Assembly: GCA_903908535.1 (NCBI GenBank)
Contig: CAIVSE010000033.1
Span: forward strand, 1 to 53,059
Length of the DNA stretch: 53,059 bases
Direction: 5' to 3'
From: Candidatus Doudnabacteria bacterium
Lineage (GTDB): Bacteria > Patescibacteriota > Doudnabacteria > UBA920
Part shown: positions 10,091-19,463 of the stretch, one piece after another
Layout: each line of letters starts with the position of its first letter
Numbering within the stretch: position 1 is the stretch's first letter
Notes under the pieces: model-generated
The model's input: the letters and a program-made list of their open reading frames with translations, nothing else
What the model was told of the DNA's origin: nothing
Database searches by the model: none
Position numbers and translations under genes: made by a program

Positions 10091-10483
10091 TTATTGCGCA
10101 GTAATGTTATCCAGGGTAAAGCTGGCCAAGCCACCGGTGTAGCTAATATTTACCGGCTTGCCGACCAGCGCGCTGTAGTCGCGGCTGGTGTTGAGGTAAA
10201 TAACGTGGCCGGAGACGGTTATCATGTAGTTGCCTTTGGCCGTGTTATTGGAAGCCATCAGCGTGGTCTGCCAGGTGGCGCTGGCTGACGGCATGGCCGA
10301 AGAAGGCGCCGGGGTGGAATTATTAGCCGGCTGGTTAACGCTTTGGCTGGTGGACGGCGTGCTGGAAGGTTCGGGGGCGGCAGAACCGCATCCGGCGGCC
10401 AATAAGACTATCACAGGCACTAACAACAGGAGTTTTTTTCCCGCGAAGCGGGATCCCGCTTTGCGGGACATAAGCTTGTTCAT
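10091..10483 (-). CDS. Putative lipoprotein
   Basis: Signal peptide with LAAGC lipobox and an S/T/P-rich linker. Confidence 0.7.
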   Translation of the reverse strand: MNKLMSRKAGSRFAGKKLLLLVPVIVLLAAGCGSAAPEPSSTPSTSQSVNQPANNSTPAPSSAMPSASATWQTTLMASNNTAKGNYMITVSGHVIYLNTSRDYSALVGKPVNISYTGGLASFTLDNITAQ

Positions 10484-10526
10484 AATTAGGTAATTTTAAT
10501 TACCCTAATTATAGCACTTTTTTATT

Positions 10527-10778
10527 CTATGCCGTGTTCCGATGGAATATCCTGCCAATCCAGATAATAATCATAGCTCCAACTATAGCTACAATAAAGC
10601 TATAGAGATTAAAGCCGGTTACGCCCTGGCTGCCCAAAGCGTTCATAATAAAGCCGCCCAACAAAGCGCCGATAATCCCCAAAATAATGTCCCAGACTAT
10701 CCCGTGGCCGCTGCCCATAATTATTGAGGCCAGCCAGCCCACAATTGCGCCAAAAATTATCCAAAGTATGATATTCAT
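10527..10778 (-). CDS. GlsB/YeaQ/YmgE family (transglycosylase-associated) membrane protein
   Basis: WIIFGAIVGWLAS...DIILGIIGALLGG...GFNLYSFIVAIVGA pattern. Confidence 0.88.
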   Translation of the reverse strand: MNIILWIIFGAIVGWLASIIMGSGHGIVWDIILGIIGALLGGFIMNALGSQGVTGFNLYSFIVAIVGAMIIIWIGRIFHRNTA

Positions 10779-10879
10779 GAGGTATTTTTTTAATGATTCT
10801 CTTTAATTAGACGCAAAGGTAGGCTCACTGTTGCCGATGACTTGAAATTCCCGGCAATTCATGGAATAATGAACATACC

Positions 10880-11656
10880 ATGCCAAACAAAAATGTTGAC
10901 GGGATAAAAGACCGGCGGCCTAAAATCGGCAAATCGGCCGCGCCCAGGGTAAAAAGCCGGATAGCCGCAAAAAGGCCGGTCAAAACATCGGTTTATGCCC
11001 CGCAAGCCTCTTTTAGTTTTATTTGGAACAAAACTTATTTATTAACGGCAGTGGTTGTTGTTATTGTCTTTATCGCTTTTGCCTCGGGTATGGGTTTTGC
11101 CCTGGAAACCCCCAAAAGCGACGCTGACAGTATTGCTCCGCCAGTACCGGCAGGTATGGTGGCCAATTTCGGAAACGTACCGACCGCCCCTTCCACCACC
11201 ACAAGCAGTCTTTCCGGCGTTGACATTTTTAATGTTCCGCTCCAGATTTTGCAAACTTATCTGCAAAACCCCGAGACCGGCAACTTGGCCTTAGACCAGC
11301 GCAAAGTTGAGCTTAAACAATTTTTAACCGACCATAATTCTCCTTTGGTGGATGTGTCTGATACTATTGCCGAACAGCCCCACTGGCAGCTAATACTTTC
11401 CATCTCCTTTGCCGAAAGCACGCTGGGAAAAAACTGCTATAATTTTAACTGTAGCGGAATTGGAGGCGCAACCAGCATTAAATCTTATAAGAGTCTGACC
11501 AACTGGATTTTGGATTTTAACCGTTTGCTGGACCAAAAGTACAATAACTGGACTTTGGATGAAATGTGCGGCGTCTATGTGAAGCCGTGCACCAACAGCT
11601 GGCTAAACGCCACCAGCCAAATTTTAGACCAATTAAAACAAGCTAATATTAATTAA
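10880..11656 (+). CDS. Membrane-anchored protein with a lysozyme/glucosaminidase-like C-terminal domain
   Basis: Basic N-terminus, one TM, then SISFAESTLGK..NCSGIG resembling a lysozyme-superfamily Glu motif. Confidence 0.55.
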   Translation: MPNKNVDGIKDRRPKIGKSAAPRVKSRIAAKRPVKTSVYAPQASFSFIWNKTYLLTAVVVVIVFIAFASGMGFALETPKSDADSIAPPVPAGMVANFGNVPTAPSTTTSSLSGVDIFNVPLQILQTYLQNPETGNLALDQRKVELKQFLTDHNSPLVDVSDTIAEQPHWQLILSISFAESTLGKNCYNFNCSGIGGATSIKSYKSLTNWILDFNRLLDQKYNNWTLDEMCGVYVKPCTNSWLNATSQILDQLKQANIN

Positions 11657-11657
11657 C

Positions 11658-12713
11658 ATGAATAAAGATTTTGCAAAGGGATTAGCCGCGGCTGGCATTG
11701 TGGCCGGTTTATTCCTGACGTTCCAGAGTTTTGGCGCTACTACCAAAACTGTGGTTCTTTCCGATGAACAACAGGGAATTATGGCCGTGCGTACAGCTAA
11801 AGCTTCAGTGGTCAGCATTGTGGGCGCTACAACGGCAAATGCCACAGTAACCAGCCCCAGCCTGACGCCCGTGGATACCGTGGCCGGTACGGGTTTTGTG
11901 GTCAGCTCCAGCGGTTTAATTGTCAGTAACGACCACGTGGTTTCCGATCCGACCCTAACTTATAACGTCAGCTTAATTGACGGTACGGAATATCCGGCCA
12001 AGATTTTGGCCATGGATAAATATGATGATATTGCTATTTTAAAAATCCAGGCCGACGGCCTGACCCCGGCCGCGCTGGGGGACAGCGGCAGTTTGGAAAC
12101 CGGTCAGACCGTGTTTGCCATTGGCAATGCCCTGGGCCAGTACCAGGACACTGTCACCCGCGGAGTGGTTTCCGGACTTAACCGCGCGGTTGAGCCGCCC
12201 AGCGACACCAGCGCGCCCACGCCCAGGCTGCAGGATATGATCCAAACTGACGCGGCCATTAACCCCGGCAACAGCGGCGGCCCGTTAATAGACATGAACG
12301 GGGACGTGATTGGCATGGATACGTTAATAGATACCGGCGGCGCGGGCCTGGGTTTTGCTATTCCCATTAATACCATCAAAAGCGTGGTCAGCCAGCTGGA
12401 AACTTACGGCAAGGTGGAAAAGGCTTACCTGGGCGTGGAATTTGAAACTGTGGACCCGGAAATTAAGGCTGCGGAAAATTTGACGGTATCCAATGGCGCT
12501 TTTGTTGACCAGGTGGCGTCCGGTAGTCCGGCAGCCGCGGCAGGACTACAGGCTGGCGATGTGATTGTGGCCATTAACCACCAGCAGCTGACCCAGGAAA
12601 ATGAACTGGATACCGTGGCTTCCCAGTATGCTCCCGGCGCGCAAATTTTAGTTACTTATGTGCGCAACGGCCAGCAAACCGACGCGGCCTTGGTGCTGGG
12701 GGTGTTGCCGTGA
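11658..12713 (+). CDS. htrA: HtrA/DegP-like serine protease with one PDZ domain
   Basis: SNDHVV, DIAILKI, QTDAAINPGNSGGPL and a C-terminal PDZ domain. Confidence 0.9.
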   Translation: MNKDFAKGLAAAGIVAGLFLTFQSFGATTKTVVLSDEQQGIMAVRTAKASVVSIVGATTANATVTSPSLTPVDTVAGTGFVVSSSGLIVSNDHVVSDPTLTYNVSLIDGTEYPAKILAMDKYDDIAILKIQADGLTPAALGDSGSLETGQTVFAIGNALGQYQDTVTRGVVSGLNRAVEPPSDTSAPTPRLQDMIQTDAAINPGNSGGPLIDMNGDVIGMDTLIDTGGAGLGFAIPINTIKSVVSQLETYGKVEKAYLGVEFETVDPEIKAAENLTVSNGAFVDQVASGSPAAAAGLQAGDVIVAINHQQLTQENELDTVASQYAPGAQILVTYVRNGQQTDAALVLGVLP

Positions 12714-13630
12714 TTTATAGCACGATAATTATTGGCGGCGGGCCGGCCGGATTGACTGCGGCTCTTTACGCGTCCCGCGCGGAGTTAAAGCCGTTGCTGT
12801 TTGCCGGGCTGGCTCCCGGCGGCCAGCTGATGCAGACTTCGGAAGTGGAAAATTTTCCGGGCTTTCCGGAAGGCATTTTAGGGCCGGATTTAATGATGAA
12901 CATGATAAAACAGGTGGAGCATTTTGGCACGGAGATAAAAAACGAAAACGTTACGGCCGTGGATTTTTCATCTAATCCTTTTAAAGTGATTTCGGATAGC
13001 GGTACATTTTTGGCAAAAACCGTAATTATTGCCACGGGCGCGGAAGCTAACTGGCTGGGTTTGCCCAACGAACAAAGGCTGCGCGGCCATGGTGTGAGCG
13101 CTTGCGCCACCTGCGACGGTTTCTTTTTTAGGGATAAGGATGTAGTGGTAATTGGCGGCGGCGACAGCGCCATGGAAGAAGCCAATTTTTTAATTAAATT
13201 TGCCAAGAGCGTGACGATTATCCACCGGCGGGACGAATTTAAAGCCTCCAAGATTATGCTGCGGCGTGCCCAGGACAATAAAAAAATCAGTTTTTTGATG
13301 AATACGGAAGTGGTGGATGTATTGGGCGACAAAGTTGTGGAAGGGATAAAGGTAAAAAATAAGGTGACCGGCGAAGAACAGGTTTTGAATGTCCAGGGAT
13401 ACTTTGCGGCTATTGGCCATACGCCGACCACCAAAATGTTTTCTGTCGCGGGAGTGGAAGTGGACCAAAAAGGCTATGTGGTCGTTAAAAATAATACACG
13501 CACAAATATAGAAGGCGTGTTTGTGGCCGGGGATGTTAATGACCACCGTTACCGCCAGGCGGTTTCGGCCGCGGGTATGGGCTGTATGGCGGCGCTGGAT
13601 GTGGAAAAGTACCTGGCGGAAAAAGAATAA
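12710..13630 (+). CDS. trxB: Thioredoxin reductase
   Basis: GGGPAG, CATCDG, GGGDSAMEEA and FVAGDV..YRQA motifs. Confidence 0.96.
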   Translation: MIYSTIIIGGGPAGLTAALYASRAELKPLLFAGLAPGGQLMQTSEVENFPGFPEGILGPDLMMNMIKQVEHFGTEIKNENVTAVDFSSNPFKVISDSGTFLAKTVIIATGAEANWLGLPNEQRLRGHGVSACATCDGFFFRDKDVVVIGGGDSAMEEANFLIKFAKSVTIIHRRDEFKASKIMLRRAQDNKKISFLMNTEVVDVLGDKVVEGIKVKNKVTGEEQVLNVQGYFAAIGHTPTTKMFSVAGVEVDQKGYVVVKNNTRTNIEGVFVAGDVNDHRYRQAVSAAGMGCMAALDVEKYLAEKE

Positions 13631-13640
13631 TTCCCGCAGA

Positions 13641-13831
13641 GCGTTAATTTTTCTTAGTCCGTCGCCAAGTCCTTTTGCCGGACACGTTCGGTTTTCTCCT
13701 GCGGAAAACCTCACTCAGAACTTTGTCCAAAAACTTTATTTTATTGCTTCAAAATAAAGACCAAGCTTTTTGGCCAAAGTTATGGTCTGGACAAAAGGAC
13801 GTTGGTTCCGACTGTATAGGAAAAATTAAGC
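13641..13831 (-). repeat. ~190-nt structured intergenic repeat, copy 3
   Basis: Core is a near-exact reverse complement of copy 1; starts 10 nt after the trxB stop. Confidence 0.9.
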
Positions 13832-14014
13832 CTAACACCGGTCAGACCTTATTTTTTTGAGGCGAGGATTGTATGAGGTAATAATTTATCTTTATAAAGT
13901 CAAGGCCACACCCCCAACGGTTCCCTAGGGTGTGGCAAATAAGTAAAACATTATAGTAAATTATGGACGAGTTCCGCAGACCAAAAAAATTATGGTCTGG
14001 ACGGAAGTATATTT

Positions 14015-14362
14015 ATGGTTATAATTATAGGCAAAGTTATCAAAGGGGAGCAGTATGGCCGGAAGTTAGGTTTTCCCACTGCCAATTTGGACCGGAGAGA
14101 GTATAATAGGAAAGGGTTGAAGATAAAATTTGGGGTATATGCCGGCACATCCAGCACCGGGCATAAAGCGGCTATTGTGATTGGTCCAATGGATAAAAAA
14201 GGTTTACCCAAGCTTGAAGCGCATCTGATAGGTTACAAAGGAAATTTGTACGGCAAAAAAGTAACGCTGACATTAATAAAATATCTTAGGCCATTTAAAA
14301 AATTTAAAACAGAAGGCGAGCTAAAACAGGCCATCGCGAAAGATATTAAAGCTATTAAATAA
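14015..14362 (+). CDS. Stand-alone riboflavin kinase (RibF C-terminal domain only)
   Basis: GRKLGFPTAN, GVYAG, LEAHL, LYGK and LRP..KF motifs; no FAD synthetase domain. Confidence 0.88.
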   Translation: MVIIIGKVIKGEQYGRKLGFPTANLDRREYNRKGLKIKFGVYAGTSSTGHKAAIVIGPMDKKGLPKLEAHLIGYKGNLYGKKVTLTLIKYLRPFKKFKTEGELKQAIAKDIKAIK

Positions 14363-14433
14363 AGATAAATCTGTATTAACTCCTCGGCTCGCAAATTAAT
14401 AAATTAATTTTCTCGCACTACGTCGTTAATAAT

Positions 14434-15033
14434 ATGTTTACCGGGATTATCGCCGCTTCATCAAAAATAACTTCCGCCAAAAAAACCCCGGGCGGTATGC
14501 TAATTTCCCTTAATACTCCCATAGGCTGGAAGGTTAAAGTGGGCGACAGTATAATCGTTAACGGTGTCTGTTCCACTGCCAAAAAAGTCGGCAAACAGAT
14601 TGAGTTTTTTTATATGCCCGAAACCCTGGCCAAAAGCGCGGCCGGGAGTTTAAAAATCGGCGACTTGGTGAATTTAGAACAATCCATGCGTCCCTCGGAC
14701 CGTCTGGACGGCCACATTGTCCAGGGGCATGTGGATACCACTGGTAAAATTGCAAAAATAGGCAAACGCGGCGATTCTTATGTTTTGGAAGTCGCTCCGG
14801 TGTTAAAAGACAAAAGTTTGATGAAACTTTTGGCGCCCAAAGGCTCCATTGCCATAGACGGAATCAGCTTGACTGTGGTGGATGTGTTTAAAAATTCTTT
14901 TACCGTGAACTTAATTCCTTATACCTGGGAGGTGACGGATTTACACACAAAAAAAGTTGGGAATTTGGTGAATTTGGAGTTTGACGTTTTGGCTAAATAT
15001 TTAAAAAGATTAATACCACAGATACACAGATAG
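14434..15033 (+). CDS. ribE: Riboflavin synthase
   Basis: MFTGII N-terminus, VNLEQ, GHIVQGHVD and GSIAIDGISLTV. Confidence 0.93.
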   Translation: MFTGIIAASSKITSAKKTPGGMLISLNTPIGWKVKVGDSIIVNGVCSTAKKVGKQIEFFYMPETLAKSAAGSLKIGDLVNLEQSMRPSDRLDGHIVQGHVDTTGKIAKIGKRGDSYVLEVAPVLKDKSLMKLLAPKGSIAIDGISLTVVDVFKNSFTVNLIPYTWEVTDLHTKKVGNLVNLEFDVLAKYLKRLIPQIHR

Positions 15034-15102
15034 AAACAGATAACACAGATGATGCGCATGGCGCAGTTATCCGTGCAATCAGTGGTATCCGTGTATCTGT
15101 GG
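15016..15102. repeat. Inverted array of short CACAGAT / ATC(T/C/A)GTG repeats
   Basis: ccacagat-acacagat-agaaacagat-aacacagat ... atccgtg-caatcagtg-gtatccgtg-tatctgtgg. Confidence 0.75.
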
Positions 15103-15111
15103 AATATATTT

Positions 15112-15555
15112 ATGCAAATAGAAAATAAAGAAGTCCGAAAAATATCCGCGGCCGGGAAAAAAGTCGGCATTGTGACCTCGCGATTTAACCGTGAAATTAC
15201 GGAAGCCTTGCTGCAATCGGCTAAACAAGCTTTAAAAGATGCCGGAGTGGCGGAGGCGGATTGCCAATTTATCAGCGTGGCGGGAGCCATGGAAATTCCT
15301 TTTGCCCTGCAGAAGCTGGCCCATGATAAAACTTTTGATTGTTTAGTGGCCATTGGCTGCGTTATCCGCGGCGAGACCCCGCATTTTGATTACGTCTGTA
15401 AAATGGCGCAGGAAGGCCTGCTGCGCGTAAGTTTGGACAATGCTATTCCCATTGGGTTTGGAATTATTACGGTTAACGATTTGGCGCAAGCTCAATCCAG
15501 GCTGCGCCTTGGCGGTGAAGCGGTGTTAGCGGCTTTGGAATTGGCCCTTCTGTAA
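15112..15555 (+). CDS. ribH: 6,7-dimethyl-8-ribityllumazine synthase
   Basis: VGIVTSRFN, VAGAMEIP and GCVIRGETPHFDYV; start set at MQIENK. Confidence 0.93.
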   Translation: MQIENKEVRKISAAGKKVGIVTSRFNREITEALLQSAKQALKDAGVAEADCQFISVAGAMEIPFALQKLAHDKTFDCLVAIGCVIRGETPHFDYVCKMAQEGLLRVSLDNAIPIGFGIITVNDLAQAQSRLRLGGEAVLAALELALL

Positions 15556-15557
15556 AT

Positions 15558-16043
15558 ATGTACGATGTTATAATTATCGGCGCCGGTCCGGCCGGCTTAA
15601 GCGCGGCCTGGCACGCCAAACAAAAAATGCTTCTGACCCTAATTTTGGCCAAGGATGTGTTTTTGGGCCACACTGTTTATGGGATGGATTTTTCCGAAAT
15701 TATCCCCGAGGTTGAAAAGTGTGATGTTATTGCGCTGGAAAAAAATATTGTCAGTTTTAGCGTGGAAGTTAAAGCGGGGCAGCAATATTTTGGGCGGTCT
15801 GTTATTATTGCCACCGGCTGTACGGAAACGGAAGGTAATACCGTTTTCGATAGGCTGACTTTAAAGGATGCCTATAACAAAATTATGGTGGATGCCAATA
15901 TGCAGAGTAACATTCCCGGCTTGTACGCGGCCGGGGATGTGTCGGTAACCTTGGCCAAAGGTATTGCGTCTGCTATATTGGAGGGGGGTAAAGCCGTTTT
16001 AACGCTTGACAAAATTCTCAAAAAGACTGATAATAAAGCTTAA
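15558..16043 (+). CDS. Short TrxB-like FAD-binding protein lacking the NAD(P)H domain
   Basis: DVIIIGAGPAG, VIIATG and IPGLYAAGD present; 161 aa; no CxxC. Confidence 0.7.
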   Translation: MYDVIIIGAGPAGLSAAWHAKQKMLLTLILAKDVFLGHTVYGMDFSEIIPEVEKCDVIALEKNIVSFSVEVKAGQQYFGRSVIIATGCTETEGNTVFDRLTLKDAYNKIMVDANMQSNIPGLYAAGDVSVTLAKGIASAILEGGKAVLTLDKILKKTDNKA

Positions 16044-16091
16044 ATGTTATATATTTTAAGCATTATTTGTAAAAACCTATAACTAACTTCT

Positions 16092-18239
16092 ATGAAGACA
16101 CTTAGCAAAATTGGTATATTTTTCTTAATTATAAGCGGAATTTTGGCCTATGCCGCTCCGGCTTTGGCTGCCACGCCCTATTTAAGCATTACCAGTTTAA
16201 ATAATAATTTAGAGCAGATTTCCATTAGCTATGCCAATCCTTACAGCCAAATTAGCCTGTATGAGCAGCAAAATAGCTCGGTGTGGACTGTAATTAATAA
16301 TTTGGGCACTACAGACGGTACGGGGTCATATAACCAGCAGACGACTTTAGGTAATGGCAGCGGAACTTTGACCGCTTATGTGGTAGTTGGTGGGTTGCAA
16401 TCCAACACTGTCACGGTTTCTCCCGGCGGCCCATGCGTTTATAGCGGCTATAATTATGGATATGGTAATACTTGCGGCTGTACTTATAACTGTGGCAGCG
16501 GTCTTAGCTTAAGCCAGACTTCGGTTTCCATGACCGTTGGCCAAACCGCCAGCGTTAGCGTGCAAAATTCCAGCGGCTCTTTATATATTTCCAATAATTC
16601 CAACCAAAGCATAGTTACGGCTACGGCTTCCTATAATTCCATCAGTCTTTACGGGTTGGCCGCCGGCAGCGCTACCATTACCATTTGCGCCAGCAGCTAC
16701 AGCCAGTGCGCCACTTTGTTTGTCACGGTCACGGGCAATGGCACCGGTAACGGCAGCGTAACCTTCAGCCAAAGTAACGTCAATTTGGCCTTAAACCAAA
16801 ATATCACTATTTACGTTTATGGCACCAATGGCTACAATTCTTTTTATCTTTCCAATAATTCCAACAACAATTCGGTCATTGCCTCGCTGTCCGGCAATAT
16901 CTTAACTCTGACCGGCTACAATGCCGGCAGTAGCACCTTAACCGTTTGCCAGAGCAGTGGCGGCGGCTGCGGCAGTTTGTATGTCACAGTGGGCGGCGGC
17001 ACCGGCGGCGGTATAATTTTTAGCCAAAATAACTTGGTTTTAACTGCCGGCCAAACCTCCACGGTTTACATTAATGGCTACAGCGGTTATTACGTATCCA
17101 GCAACAGTAACGGCAGTGTGGCTTCGGCCGCTGTTAACGGCAGCGTTTTAACGGTGACAGCCATGGCCAGCGGCAACACTATTTTTACCGTCTGCCAGAA
17201 TAACAATAACACCTGCGGCAGTCTTAGCGTGGCCGTGAGCGGCAACAACTGCGGCTACGGTTATAATTGCGGCAGCGGCACGGTCAGCTTTAGCCAAAAT
17301 AATGTTAGTTTAACTTCGGGACAAAGCCAAACTGTAACAGTTTACGGTAATGCCCCGTTTAATATTTCTTCCAATTCCAACTCCGGCGCGGTTTCGGCTT
17401 CTGTTTCCGGCAACATTATCACTCTTTACGGTTACAGTAGCGGCAGTAGCAGTATTTCGGTTTGTTCCAATACCTATGGCGGCAGCGCTTATGGCGGCTG
17501 TGGCACGCTTTATGTAACAGTTAATGGTTATAACAATTGCAGCTATCCTTACAACAATAATTGCGGCAATAGCGGTTCCATTTCTTTAAGCCAAACCAGC
17601 GTGTCTGTGAACGTAGGCCAAACATCCTCTATAAGCGTTTATGGCAACGGTCCGTTCATCCTTTCTTCTAATGGTTCCTCTAATATTGCCTCCGGCGTTA
17701 TGTCCGGCAACACCTTAAATATTTATGGCAGCCAGCCGGGCTCATCGACCATTACGGTTTGCCAGCAAAATTACAGTTCGTCCTGTGCCAGCGTTTATGT
17801 TACTGTTACCGGTAACGGTTGTACTTATAATTGCGGCAGCGTGCTGGGCTCATCCATTTATGCCAACGGCCAGTTGTTGAACATTGGCGGCACGGTTTAT
17901 ATTGTTTACCAAAATACTCTCACGGCTTTTGGCAACGCTTCGGCCTTCCTTGGCCTGGGCTTTAGCTTCAGTAATGTCATTAACGCGGGCTATCAAAACG
18001 GCCTGACCATTTCCTCTTATGTTATTTCCACTACCGCCGGGGCGCATCCCTGGGGCAGCTGGATAAAAAATGGCGCCGCGGTTTATTTTGTCAGCCAGTT
18101 GGGGCTTATTCCAGTGCCCGATTGGAATACCTTCCTAAACAACGGTGGCAGCGCCGGGCTGATTGTGCCGGCTAATGCCTGGGACTTCCAGCTGCCCACA
18201 CTGGCGCCCATGGCCTATGGTGATGGTAGACTGAGATAG
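16092..18239 (+). CDS. Secreted/surface protein with five Cys-paired beta-rich (Ig-like) repeats
   Basis: Signal peptide; five ~80-aa repeats of the form (L/F)SQ..V....Q...G....T(I/V)C...C..LYVTV. Confidence 0.8.
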   Translation: MKTLSKIGIFFLIISGILAYAAPALAATPYLSITSLNNNLEQISISYANPYSQISLYEQQNSSVWTVINNLGTTDGTGSYNQQTTLGNGSGTLTAYVVVGGLQSNTVTVSPGGPCVYSGYNYGYGNTCGCTYNCGSGLSLSQTSVSMTVGQTASVSVQNSSGSLYISNNSNQSIVTATASYNSISLYGLAAGSATITICASSYSQCATLFVTVTGNGTGNGSVTFSQSNVNLALNQNITIYVYGTNGYNSFYLSNNSNNNSVIASLSGNILTLTGYNAGSSTLTVCQSSGGGCGSLYVTVGGGTGGGIIFSQNNLVLTAGQTSTVYINGYSGYYVSSNSNGSVASAAVNGSVLTVTAMASGNTIFTVCQNNNNTCGSLSVAVSGNNCGYGYNCGSGTVSFSQNNVSLTSGQSQTVTVYGNAPFNISSNSNSGAVSASVSGNIITLYGYSSGSSSISVCSNTYGGSAYGGCGTLYVTVNGYNNCSYPYNNNCGNSGSISLSQTSVSVNVGQTSSISVYGNGPFILSSNGSSNIASGVMSGNTLNIYGSQPGSSTITVCQQNYSSSCASVYVTVTGNGCTYNCGSVLGSSIYANGQLLNIGGTVYIVYQNTLTAFGNASAFLGLGFSFSNVINAGYQNGLTISSYVISTTAGAHPWGSWIKNGAAVYFVSQLGLIPVPDWNTFLNNGGSAGLIVPANAWDFQLPTLAPMAYGDGRLR

Positions 18240-18259
18240 GAATCATTTAGTACTTATAA

Positions 18260-18285
18260 AAAATCCCGACATTAGTCGGGATTTT
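18260..18285. terminator. Bidirectional terminator
   Basis: aaaatcccgac-atta-gtcgggatttt between convergent genes. Confidence 0.75.
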
Positions 18286-18289
18286 GGTT

Positions 18290-18601
18290 TTATATCCGTA
18301 TTTTTTGACAGCTTTCTATATGCTGCTGGAGCGGTATAGCTACGGTTTCCGCAATCATAGCAGCTAAATTTTCGGTTTGTTCAACCGCGAACTGTTTTAG
18401 GTCCTTGGATTGTTTTTCAAATCTTTCATCGAGCTTTTTGTCCATTTCCTGGCCAAAAGCTATGAATCTTGCATCCATCTTTTTGTCTATAACCTGGCCA
18501 AAAGCATCAAAACGCTTATCCAGAACCTCTTCTAATTCTTGTTTGTTGGTTTTAAAGCGTTTATCCAAGGCTTCTTCCAATTCAGAAAGTGTAATTTCCA
18601 T
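18290..18601 (-). CDS. Small coiled-coil protein with D(K/E)(R/K)F-type repeats; paralog of 2148..2417
   Basis: MEITLSELEEALDKRF...IAETVAIPLQQHIESCQKIRI termini match the paralog. Confidence 0.85.
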   Translation of the reverse strand: MEITLSELEEALDKRFKTNKQELEEVLDKRFDAFGQVIDKKMDARFIAFGQEMDKKLDERFEKQSKDLKQFAVEQTENLAAMIAETVAIPLQQHIESCQKIRI

Positions 18602-18781
18602 AATATGGATTATTAATTATAATCAATAATGCCACATGGGCGGTCAAAAAATCGACCTTGTTATTTTACATTACTCCCGCAGTTCTTAAGTGTCAAATTG
18701 TGGATATGTGGATACAAAAAATTCTGTTCGCCATTTGGCGGAGGGGTTTTAAAATAGCCAATATTTAGATATAATGAGTAT

Positions 18782-19459
18782 ATGAAAATCGCTGTTATCA
18801 CCGGAGCCAGCCGGGGCATTGGCTTGGCCACGGCTAGGAAGTTTTTAAATGAGGGTTGGAAGGTCGTGGGGATTTATAATCATACCACAATTCCTTTTGA
18901 GGATGAAAAGTTAATTCCGGTCAAGGTTGATATTGCAAATTCCGCCGAAATTGATAAGAGTTCAGCAAAAATAAAACAGGCTGTCACGTCTGTGGATGTT
19001 TTGGTTAATGCTGCCGGAGTGATTTTTGACAATCACACAGAAGAAGTAATTGTGGAAAACATTAAAAAAACTTTTGATGTTAATGTTTTTGGGTTGGTTG
19101 AGTTTACGAATCAACTCCTTCCGTTAATAAGCCAGGGTGGCCATATTATAAATATAGATTCAAACTACGGCGCCATGAGCACGCCGATTGACGACAAAAC
19201 CTCCACGGCTTACCGGATGTCCAAAGCGGCGCTAAATATGTATACCAGAATTCTAGCTTTCCATTTAAAAGGCAAAGGCATTAAAGTTTCGTCTATAGAT
19301 CCGGGATGGGTGAAGACAGATATGGGAAAAGCGGTTGCGTCGGAAACTGAACAACCGGACAGGGAGCCGGAGCAGCCGGCTGAAGAAATTTATAATTTGG
19401 CCACCGGTGACGTAGAGTCAGGACTGTTTTGGAGGTTTGGAAAAGTAAGGGAGTGGTAA
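18782..19459 (+). CDS. Short-chain dehydrogenase/reductase (SDR)
   Basis: TGASRGIG, VNAAG, YRMSK (YxxxK) and IDPGWVKTDM. Confidence 0.92.
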   Translation: MKIAVITGASRGIGLATARKFLNEGWKVVGIYNHTTIPFEDEKLIPVKVDIANSAEIDKSSAKIKQAVTSVDVLVNAAGVIFDNHTEEVIVENIKKTFDVNVFGLVEFTNQLLPLISQGGHIINIDSNYGAMSTPIDDKTSTAYRMSKAALNMYTRILAFHLKGKGIKVSSIDPGWVKTDMGKAVASETEQPDREPEQPAEEIYNLATGDVESGLFWRFGKVREW

Positions 19460-19463
19460 AGAA

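Noticed and set aside
13832..14014. FMN riboswitch upstream of the riboflavin genes
   Set aside because: Hairpins are present (gccacacc/ggtgtggc; cagacca/tggtctg), but the conserved RFN sequence blocks are not.
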